Source of the DNA: Eutreptiella sp. 'Long Island Sound 2002'
Lineage: Eukaryota; Protista; Euglenida
Assembly (NCBI GenBank): GCA_964036045.1
Contig: OZ038379.1
Span: 4,340,001 to 4,404,000 of the forward strand
Direction of reading: 5' to 3'
DNA length: 64,000 nt
The position numbers were made by a program, and so were the translations under genes. This document shows, piece by piece, positions 49,001 to 60,500 of this stretch. The notes under the pieces are model-generated. The model was not told the origin of the DNA and made no database searches. It saw nothing but the letters and a program-made list of their open reading frames with translations. Position 1 is the stretch's first letter, and the number at the start of each line of letters is the position of its first letter.

Positions 49001-52000
49001 GATGAATTTTGACGACATGGAAATCCTCCTGCGGTTCCTGCAGCTGCTGTGCGAAGGGCACAATGAAATCATGCAGGAGGTATGTGGCGGGGGCCCGCAC
49101 AGGGTGTGGGGGTGCACGCGGCACTACGGCACGTCGGACGTCACGTGTCAGGGCATGCAAGAGCAGTGCAGTGCAGTGCAGATGAGGCAATGCCCGCGTC
49201 CACTGTCCGCCCGCCCTTAAGGTGGCCTGTCCTACTAAATCGCCCAGGCCCATCTCAGAGAGGACGACGCCATTTAGAGAGGGAGGGAGGGAGGGAGGGG
49301 GGGCAGGGGTGGGGACAGGGATGAATTAGAAGGGAAGGGACCTCAAAGGCGCTTCGCGAAGCGGTTAGCCAGGCGGTTGGAGGATATTGCTGAAGCGGTT
49401 GTGGACGGTTACTGTCGGTTACAAATGCCATTCAAGCCGGCACTTGCTGTCAGGGAGACAGTGGCTGGGCATAGATTGGGTGCCCTGGAGCCCCCCCCCC
49501 CCCTTTCCAATGCATCCCTGGGTGGGGGGTATAGGTCGGAATGGAGGTGCCTGTGATGGAGCCTATGAAAAAACAGGGGGGGCATGAGCACTGACGATGG
49601 CAGAGAGATCGCAGGTGTTCCTATGGTCTTCAGGGTCCCTCTTGCTGCATCCCAGTGCCGCCCGTGGCATGATCCTCCCCCTTCCCCGCCACTACTTGGT
49701 ATCTGTCACACAGTACCTGCGAGAGCAGTCCCAGAACACCGTTTCGGTCAACATTTTGGCGGAGATTGTGGAGACCATCCATTTCTCCCTCAAGACCCTC
49801 AGCCACATGAGCATATCCGCTGTTCTGCAGGTGTGCCTACGGGCGTGGCGGACAGTCCTGGCACATCCCTGTTCCCATCCATTTGGTGTGCGCTGCCTCA
49901 GCGATCCAGGGATGAACTGGATTGCATTTTCACTCACGGTGAATGGGGAACGGCCGTTTACCCTCCGCTTGTGTGTGTGACTGGCACTAACGCATGGGCA
50001 GGGGCCGCGGTGGTGGTGGGGCCGAGGCTGACTGGTGCTGCCCCTGGCCACCGCCACCCTTCCCTTTCCCCTCTCTTGCCCCGGCCTCGGCCTTATGGCG
50101 TCCTCGTGTCCTGCACTCCAGCCCTGCGAACTGACGCTGCGGTCTGCTTCTCAGGCGATCAATACCTTGACGGAGCTGGTGCAGGGCCCCTGCGTCAACA
50201 ATCAGGTCTGCATCATGCAATTGGGCATTGTGGACACCATCAATTACATCCTCAGCGCCCCCTTTGAGTACGTCGACAAGGAAGGCACAAATCTGGTGTG
50301 GGAGCTCCGCTCGGCCACCGTCGTTCTGATTCTGGTAATCCCGGCCCTTGTACCGTTGTGTGCTGCATGCTGTGCTGTTGTCGTGTGTTGTGCGGGGCGC
50401 TGTTTGGTGAGCTGAGCTGTCTCCTGTGCTGTTGTCGTGCTGTGTGGTGAGCTGTGTGGTGAGCTGTGTGGTGAGCTGTGTGGTGAGCTGTGTGGTGAGC
50501 TGTGTGGTGAGCTTTATACTGAGCTGTGTGCTGAGCTGTGTGCTGAGCTGTGTGCTGTGTCGTGTGGCGAGCTGCTGCAGAACACCGGGACACACACCAG
50601 CACCCCAGAGGAGTCAGCAGGAGATCCGCCGTGGCTGGCTCCCGGCAGGCGGCCCAAGTGAAGACGTGGGGCTGCAGAGGACGCCAGCAGGGTGTGACAT
50701 GGCTGTGCTGGGACGCATGCCACATTGGTGGTGTGCCATGAGCTGCTCATGGACCGGCATGTGTGTCCCCTCCTCCCCTCTTGTTTCTCCAACCTCTCCC
50801 TCCTGTGCTGTGATTGTGGCTACTGGGGTGGGTTCTGTGGTGACTCATGGTTGGTTGGTCTGTGGCGTGCTGTACAGTGTGCTGGCTGGTGGGCAAGGCG
50901 GTGTCGTACTTTCTGTGTTCAGCTATTGTGTGTGTGTCCAGGGGGCTTCCTACGTGGTTTGCTGTGTGCTGTGGGGTTGGCTGTATGGTGTGCCGTGTGG
51001 TAGCATTCCACCCAGCACACCACAATCCGCCGCCCAGTACACAGCACTTCAGCACTACAGAGGAAAGCCCACTGTGCACCACCCAGCATGCAACACATCG
51101 GATCGCACAGCGGACATCTTCACCAGCGGCCACAGGGACACAACAGAACTCCATCTGCACGACACACAACACCCCACACAGCACAACACAATTGTGTCGC
51201 AGCATTCTTCGTTGGCATAGTCTGGCATCCTCTGCGGTAGCGGGTTAGGCAATCAACTCTTGTCAGATGAGACAGATGATACAGAATAACAGTAGTCATC
51301 AGCACAACTCTCCGCGCTGACATTGCTCTGCACAACACGATCAGGAACAAGGGAGGGAGCAGGCGACAGGAGGCCGACACATGATCCTTGCCCTGTGCCC
51401 AACGATGAGGAGTGGGACCTAATGGGCTCGTTGCACATGTACTGGCACAGCTGCGACACGGCGTGTGAGTGTTTCTTACTAGCGAGGCATATCAGGGCCC
51501 CTGTGTGCTTCCTTCATGCCAAAGGCCGGGGCCGCAGGGCGGGGCTTGACAGAGTTATTTGTGTGGTGAGCTGGGCGGTGCCTCATATAATCCACGGGAA
51601 CAACCAGTGCTGGCTGATATGCGTCTAATGACCCAACGAGTTGTCTAGCTTGCACCCACAAGGCCCGCGCGTCACACGATACCGGACCGTGGGCACCCCC
51701 AAGAAGCCTTGGGTTGGCTGCCCCACACCCTGTTTCGGTGGGGCTGATGGGGAATGTGACGCGCAAGGAAGTGTTCGTCTTGACCGGGAATGGATTTGGG
51801 CTGAGTCGTCGTGGTCAAGAACGACACTGCACAGCACACCACACGTCACACTGCACACCACCACACAACACACCACACCACGCACCACACATGTCCTGGG
51901 AGGCCAACGCCTCTCCCCGACCTCAGCCATCAACGTGATAACCACGCCGTCGCACTGGATAACGGACCTGAACGTCCGTTTTCATGCAGCGACAAAGGAG

Positions 52001-55000
52001 CCGCCAGAGGTGGACCTGACGTGGCTCCTTTGGCGCCCCTTCTCCTTCCTCCCCCCGGTAACCTACTGGGACCAGTGCCAGCTCTCCCCAACGGCGCTGA
52101 GCGTCTGGTTGCAAGATCGGGCCTCCATACCGGCGCGGACCGGCTATGAGGCCCGATGGGGGGCAAACTACACGTCGGGGAGTAGACTCCCCCTCAACTG
52201 GTTCGATAGCGACCAGCAGCGCCACATTACGGCACACCACATGGACAACATCCGCACGATGACTGTCCTGGCGCACCGGTCCTCCCACCGGGACACGGTA
52301 CTGGACACCACGTGCCTCCGATGTGGAGCGCACCCCGAAACGGCACCCCACCTTTGGGCCTGCTCGGCCCAGTCCCATGAGTGGGGACCGGCTCACCAGC
52401 GGCTCGCGGAGTGGCTCGACCAGAAGGTGGGGAAACGGGCTGCCTCGGTGCGCCACCGGCTGTGGGAACCAACTGTACTAGAGTGGGCGGCGGCCTTGCG
52501 TACCCCCTCCATGCAGCGAGCCCACATGGAGTGCTCAGGGCCCCACACGCTGGGGACAGAGTTCATTCGTCACGTCATTGAGGAGTCCATCAGAGTCTGG
52601 TACGCCCACGCCAAGGCGCGTGCCACGTTGCTGAAAGCCCGCCTAGGCACAGGCACCACGATGGCGTGGGTGTTGCAGGAGCTACGCCTGCACCAGCAGG
52701 CGGAGAGAGAGGGAGTACAGCGGGAACTTCTGGGATGACAATTGTCGCCACGGGGGTGACATCCAGGTTTCCCTGGCTCCCCCTCTACCCGCCGATAACC
52801 ACACACTAACACGCGGCGCGTGCGCTACACACACAGCCCTCCTGTTTACCTGTACCCGTGGGTAGACATCCTGGCCATTGCCTTCTGGTAACAGCGCCTT
52901 CGGCACACCACGCACCACACAGCACAGCAAGCAGCTCATTGGCATGCAACGGTAGGGCTTGTCAACAGTTTCAGCTGGCAGGGTCAACAGTTTCAGCTCG
53001 GCAGGAACTGCGAGCTGGATGGCAGTGCAATCGGCTGAGGCGGCCAGGCCCCCGCCACATGGAGGGTCGACCGGCCCACACCCATGCGGATGCCACCGTC
53101 ATAGTCTCCTTCCTAAATGGTGCCTCTTCGTGTCCACAGGCGTGGACTCCTACACTCGCATGGCCACGTGCTTCATTGTGTTCCCACGCTTCCCATTTTC
53201 TCCAACTCGGTGCTGGAGGTGCGCGGGCGGCACGCGCAGCTGAGTTCACTTCCAGTCCCCTCGGTGTCTCGCCAGGGCCACACTTTCACCCAAAAGCTCA
53301 ATTTCCCCTGCGACATGTGGTGTGTTGTGTGGCATTTTCATCGCCCTTTGCAGGCGCTGCTGGAAGGCTACAACACCCGCACTGCGGACTGCCTCGTGTC
53401 CATATTGGACATGGGCACGCTTTCCAATTTGATGAAGGAGTCCTGGGAACGCTGGGCGACGACACAGGGGCGTAGCTTCGCGGCCTCTTTGACGCAGACG
53501 GACTTCTTCAATGCCAAGGGGCAGGAGGACGAGCTGTCCCTCGGTACGCCTGCGGCATGTGGCAGGAGCAGGGCACCGATGAGCGGATTAGGAGGGGGCG
53601 TGGGAGGTAGAGGCCATTTCCGGGGCTCAGTACTTTATCCAAAGGCCACAACGTGTCTGTTGCTGTTGGGCTCACATGAAGTTTTTGTGACATGGTTCTC
53701 GCCGATTGTTGCCCAGAGAGCTTGGAGCAAGTGTCTACACAACACGGCACAGCACAGTCCAGAAACGCCGTTGGGGGGAACAATCTGTTTTTGTGACATA
53801 CACACGAAGGCCGTCCCACACAACTGCTGCTGACCGTTCCTGACTGCGAAGGATGTACGGGGGGGGGGGATTTCATGACAGGAATATTTCGTTGTGCGAA
53901 ATTTCGTATTTCAAATGCGTGCGAAATTTCCCACTCAATTCTCAGGCTCCTTTGTACACCAAACTCTTGTCGAAATTTAGCCACCATGTTCATTGTGCAA
54001 TTGCTTTCGCACAGAACCATTGGAAAGCAGAATCCCCCCCCCCCCCCGCCCTCTAGGTGCCTGCCCATGTGCCTGTGCCTTTGGTAGATGGGGTGCGGTC
54101 CAATTTCATCGGTATAGCAGAACAATCCTGGAACCTGCTGGAAGTTGGCAGTGCAATGCAGGAACTGCCTGGCAGTAAACAATGCAATCCTGGAACCTCC
54201 TAGAAATTATCAGCACACTCCTGGAACCTCTTGGAAGTTAACAGTGCAATCCAGCAATTTCCTGCATGTGAACAGTGTAATCCTGGAACCTCTTGGAAAT
54301 AAACAGTGCAATCAGGTAACCTCCTCGAAGCCAACAGTGCAATTCTGGAACCCTCTACAAATCCTAGTGGAGTTGACTACTGCAAGTCTAGCCTCCAAAA
54401 GCCGGGTGCGAAATTTTCCACGGCAAAGTCAGGAGTACATGCGAAATAAACCCGGTGCAAAATCACGTTGAAGAGGGTTGTTAGATAAATCACAGGCGCG
54501 GGCGCCGCATACCCCTCTGCCCCCAATGGATTTTTCGATTTTGATCCACCTACCCTCCTGTGCCTGGGTACCCCATTTTTGGGGGGTGGGGGTCAAAACT
54601 TCCTTGTGTACTGTGGGCGCTGTGTATGGATTCAGACCTAGGTCCTGAAGAACTTTTTTCTTGTACATGGACCCCCTTGACCCATGGAGGACTCCGGGTA
54701 CCCTCAGTCGCCCCCCCCCCCCCCCCCCCAGGTGCCCTTGCCAATGAGGACTTGGCTGTTTTCACGCTCGTCAGGCTGTTTGGTGGCACCTGAAATTCCA
54801 CTTTTTCTGAAACCCTGCTGCCGCCCCTGGGATGAGCTTGGGTGATCATTTGGTGACAATACGGGTATTTGAGCACCCATCGGGACCCACGTAGTGGCCG
54901 CTAGGCCCATGTAGCCCGCACCATGGGCCTCCCATAAGCCCCAAAATTGCTGTTGTTTGGGTTGTTTGCTGTCAGCTGAAATTTTTTTCAAAATTCAATT

Positions 55001-56855
55001 TTTCTCCCTCTTCCAGGTAGGTCCCTTGCCGAAGGCAATAGAATTTTATTGTACAAAAAAGTCCCGGTGCAAAGTCCCCCCCCCCCCCCCTGTATGAGGA
55101 CGGCTGGCGACCAATAGGAGGAGGGGGGTACCCCCCGCCCCCCGCACCCCGATTTGTGGTGGGGAAATTTTTTGCGAATTTTACAAAAGGAAAAATTGAT
55201 TTGGCAATTTTGCGTACACAAATTTTTGGGTCCCCCCTCCCTCCGGCTTATCTCTTCTAATACATGCATGGCTGAGAGCCCTGCATGCAAGAGAAGTGCA
55301 TGAAGTGTATAGTGTACTGTCGCAAAGCAACCAGCAGAAGCATGGACTGCACACCAGATCAGACTGCTGAAGGGCTGTCCCTGAGCATGGGGGGCCGGGC
55401 CATGGACGCGACCCCCTCCCGTCCTCGCCCGTGAGACAGTCAGTCGCTCGTGGCCAGTAACGACCAAGAAAGCCCACAAGAAGCAGAAGGGGACGCCGAA
55501 GCGCCGGACAAATTCGGGAGGGGCGGGGCGGTCCCTTGCCCCCGATCCCCTTCTCTGCCCCCAATCTTTACCCCAAGATATGCGTCTCACACTGCGGCGT
55601 CACAGGGCGGGGGTTTCCAGCGCAGCAGGGCCGGTATGATACGATGGAGAGCGGCCTGCAACCGGACCGTTTGTGCCTCGTTTTGGGGAGGAGTTGGGCC
55701 CTGCCACTGCGGTTCATGCCTCCACTGGAAGGGCTCTGTCTTCAAGGCCTGACGTCCCCCCCCCCCCCCCATCCCCAGCGCCGTGTGCCCCAAGCCTTCG
55801 CCAGGTCATGCGTTGAGCGCGCTGCTTTGCATGGAGTCGATGGAAACCAGAAATGCTGTGCCTTGTTTTGCCCATATGCCCCAAAGTCCCTGCCTTGCCA
55901 TACCCTCGGGGAATCCTGGCTCAGCCACCCCCCCCCCCCCCCCGGAGGGCCCCCTGCCCCCACACCCTCTCGGGGTTCAGGTTTTCGTCCCACTGACGAG
56001 GACAGGCCGAGCCCCCATCCGAGGCCACTGGACAAAAGGTGAACGAGGCAATGCGCGACCCGCATGAGACGGGCAGCCCTCCATCGGGGGAGGGCCTCGC
56101 CACGGGGGGGGGGGGGGGCACGTCCAGCGATCTGGGCCTTCTGCTGCCACACTCAGTACTGCTGGTGATCCTCAATGGGTGCCGACTCTGCTGACCCCTG
56201 CTGGAGATTTCTGTAGAAGTACTGGCCCGCTGACCCATGCCGGGGGTCCTGCTCACAATAATTTCCACTCATGTGCCCCACACGCACAGGCCCTCGTCAG
56301 GAGATGCACACTGACGCACGACACCAGCAGCACGCCCCCTAACCCCCCTCCCCGAACCCCCCGCTCTGGATGACGCGTGTTCGTAGGTTGCAATGCCCTG
56401 ATCGTGTTCAAAGTGTTGCTGGATGCCACCAGCAGCCCCAAAGCCAGAGACAAGCTCACGGGCCTCCTCAGCAGCCCCGAGTACGTGGTCACCGTCCGTC
56501 GTTTTGCGCAGATCACTGCGTGCGTGGAAGTGGTCCGCGATCACACCATCGAAAAGGTGTGCGCAGGGCCCGTCGTTGCTCAAGTGCTGGTGGGTTTTGC
56601 AGGGGGTTTGCCCCGGCTGCCCTGCAATGATGCGGTTGCGGGCCCTGTTCACGGCAAAGCGGGGGGTGATGGGGCCGTGGTCCGTGACCCTGGGTCCACA
56701 GGGGTATCAGCGGGTGCTTTGGGGGTGAAGGCCCATGCACGTTGGGGCACACCATGCCGCTACTCAGCGCACATCGATGTTTGGGGGTCCCCGTCCATTG
56801 CACATGCACGTTGCCCGGTGTGGTGTGGCATGTAGCGTGGCATATTGTGGGGCAT

Positions 56856-56896
<41 letters not shown>

Positions 56897-57555
56897 CCCT
56901 GTACTGCAGAAAGGCGCCTATTGGCGTCGGACATGCTCTGTCTTGTTTGATGTCCAACTGACGAGGATTCTGACACTCGGAAACTGAGTTGTTGCCCGTT
57001 TGTCTCGCAATAGTGTGTGTGTTGTATGAGCGATCGAACCCTTTGTGCAGCAGCCCGCCCCTCGAAGAAGGTGGCAATGTCAGTGAGACGTCACACCAAC
57101 GTGCTCGCTGATGGAGAGGGATGACTTGGGTGAACCCAAGTTGCAGTGGGCCCAGAGCGCCAATGGCTGGCAGTGGTGTACTGTGTCGGTTTTGCCTCCC
57201 GCTGGCTGTATGTATGTGTTTGTCAGGGCCGTCCTTTACCCTGTTCTGCTTGTGTACTGCCGGCTGCGGACTACATCCCCTGTACTCTAGAGCATCTGTT
57301 CTCGAATGAGAATTTTTCTCAGTGTTTCTCCTCGCACTTCTGTTTTGGTCATGACACAGTGTGTGTGTGTGTGTGTGTGTGTGTCTTTCTGAGTGTCTAT
57401 TTTTTTTGCAAAAGGTGCCTAGCCTCAAACATGTCTTTGTTCTGATTGGCCTAACGAGGTGTTCGGAGACTTGTGCCTTGTGACTTCTACCCTGCTGTGC
57501 CGCGTATCGTCCACACCAGGTTTATTGGTCGTTGGTTCATTGTTTCCCTCACGAA

Positions 57556-57591
<36 letters not shown>

Positions 57592-60500
57592 GCGCGTGCG
57601 TGTGCGTGCGCGTGTGCGTGCGCGTGCGCGTGCGTGTGCGTGTGCGTGTGCGTGCGTGTGTGTGTGTGTGTGTGTGGTTTGCATGCATAGATCGCCGGCA
57701 CTTGCGCATGGCATCGGTCCGACCTCTGCCCTACGCCCCGCGCATGTGAGGCCATTTGCGTTTCCATCATTTGTCACCCCTCGTCTGTCAGGTCTGTTTC
57801 CAGATCCCGTTTGCGAGTTTGGCGCATCTTCGGCCGTCGTCAAGGGACGATTGTGTGAAGACCATCACTCTGAAGTATGCGCACCCGCCGGCCCTTACGT
57901 CCTCCTTCCCCCCCTTCCCTCGCTTCTCCCCCGTCCCCCAAATCACCTCCAAACGTAAATGCAATGGTGCCCACTCGCTTCAATGAGCGTTTGGCATGGG
58001 CCCCAAGGGTTTCGATGCTATCTCCAAGTGTGCTCAGTGGTGGACTATGCAACACCGTTGCCCCCCCCCCCCCCGCCAAAGGTTAGGGCAAGGAGGAAGA
58101 GGAAGGTCAAAGGGTGGTGAGAAGCCGATGGGCACCACTGCCTATGGAGGGAAAGGGTCCAAGGGAAGGGCAGCGAATGGCGATCGGCCAGTAGGCGCCG
58201 CCAGCTGCAGACGGGATCATCACACCATGGCGTCATGCCAAAACCCCCCCCGCCGCGGTAGGCTGAGGCATTACGCGATCCCTCCGAACTTCGCGGTCAC
58301 GGAAATGACTGAATGTGAAGTATTGCCGGCGCCGGCGTGGTGGTCGTGGGTGGGTTTGTTTCGCAGGGACACAAGCAACCCCTGGAAAGCAATGCAACAG
58401 CACATCTGTAGCATCTGCAGCAACCTCAGGTTCTGTGACACACAACAACAAGTGTGGGATTTACTTTATGAAATCTCAGTAAAGTAAAACGCCATTGGGA
58501 TTTACTTTACCGAGATTTCATAAAGTAAATTCTATTGCCTTCGGCAAGTCCACCTCGCAGAGAATCTACCGCGAGCAACACACACCCCAAATAGGGTGGA
58601 AACTACATAAATACCGGCTAAAACATGCTTTACATACCTTGGATGATCATTTTAGGTGATCACAGTATCAAAAAAACAAGTTTCAAAAACTTCGATTTTT
58701 GAGCTGCCTAGGGTGAAAAACTGCACTAGCAAGTTGTGTACCAATCCCTTGGGAGACCCCCCCCCCCCCACCCCCGGGACCTAATACCCAAATAGGGTGA
58801 AAAAGATGTACATACGGCCTAAAAATTGCTTTACATACCTTGGATGATCATTTTAGGTGGTCACAATATCAGAAAAACAAGTTTCAAAAACTTCCATTTT
58901 TGAGCTGTCCGGGGTGAAAAACTGCATAAGCAGGTTGTGTACCAATCCCTTGGGAGACCCCCCCCCCCCCTGGACCTAATACCCAAATGGGGTGAAAAAC
59001 ACGTAAATACGGCCTAAAACATGCTTTACATACCTTGGATGGTCATTTTAGGTGATCATAATATCACAAAAACAAGTTTCAAAAACTTCCATTTTTGAGC
59101 TGTCCGGGGTGAAAAACTGCATAAGCAGGTTGTGTACCAGTCCCTTGGGAGCCCCCCCCCCACCCCGACCTGATACCCAAATGGGGTGAAAAACACGTAA
59201 ATACGGCCTAAAACATGCTTTGCATAGCTTGGATGGTCATTTTGGGTGGTCACAATATCAAAAAAACAAGTTTCGAAAACTTCGATTTTTGAGCTGTCCG
59301 GGTTGAAAAGCTGCATAAGCAGGTTGTGCACCCGTCCCTTGGGAGCCCCCCCCCCCCCCCCCCGACCTGATACCCAAATAGGGTGAAAAACACGTAAATA
59401 CGGCCTAAAACATGCTTTACATACCTTGGATGGTCATTTTGGGTGGTCACAATATCAAAAAAACAAGTTTCGAAAACTTCGATTTTTGAGCTGTCCGGGT
59501 TGAAAAACTGCACAAGCAGGTTGTGTACCAATCCCTTGGGAGGACCCCCCCCCCCCCCCGACATAATACCCAAATGGGGTGAAAAACACGTAAATACGGC
59601 CTAAAACAGGCTTTACATACCTTGGATGGTCATTTTAGGTGGTCACAATATCAAAAAAATAAGTTTCGAAAACTTCCATTTTTGAGCTGTCCGGGGTGAA
59701 AAACTGCATAAGCAGGTTGTGTACCGGCCCATTCACTAGGCCATTATTGGTGGAAACAGCCATTTCGCGTCTTTGGCACGGGTTGTGAACGGCCCTAAGC
59801 AAGGCTAGAGACTGCAAAAAACGTCCTTCCGTATCCTAGCATGCATATACTGTCACAACATCCCCACTCGCACCCCTCAAAGTGGGTACCACAGGGTCAC
59901 TGAGGTCGCCAAAACCGCCAACATACCAAAAATGGCTGAAAAGTGCATAAACTGCATAAGCGCTCGTCCCACTCCGCCCCATACAAACCCCATAGAGTCG
60001 GGACCCAGGAACACTTTTTCGGCTCAAAATCGAAAAAAACCAAAAGATTCATGATTTTCGACCCAAAAAAAGGGGGGGTCATTTTTTGCCCCCCCCCCCC
60101 ACCCCCCCCCCACCCCCCCCCTCCCTCAAAACCTGAAAAAAGTGGGTTTCAAGTGGGGGGGGTCTGGGGGGGTCCGGACCAAAAACTCATTGGGGGATGC
60201 GTTTATTGGGCAAAATAATGATTTTACAAGGGGTTGAACTAACAATTCAACCCCTTGGGGTAGGGTACGCGAATAGGCCCAAAAAGGCCAAAATGGGGGG
60301 GTATGTGGCGTTTTCCCCATATATACGCCTGCCTGGCTTTGATCTAACAACCTCTGCGAGGTGATTCGGCCTAGATGGTATGTTATGGGGCGCAACTGTA
60401 ATGTAAATCCCAATGGCTTTTACGTTACAAAGATTTCTTCATTTTACTTGTGGGAGTTACCCCCGCTCTGAAGCGGTGGGGACCCCCCAGGCGGCAGGGG

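Noticed and set aside
56925-56990. Hammerhead ribozyme-like core (CTGACGA...GGAAAC with upstream GTC), echoed at 57430-57475
   Set aside because: Stem III can pair in both copies, but stems I and II are very weak, the core reads CGGAAA rather than CGAAA, and the second copy has CTAACGA/GGAGAC. An Infernal search with hammerhead models would settle it.
57385-57480. SL RNA gene
   Set aside because: No GT donor after the SL exon and no tandem SL/5S context.
58580-59725. CRISPR-like array
   Set aside because: Whole units of about 196 bp are repeated with no unique spacers; eukaryotic satellite, no cas genes.
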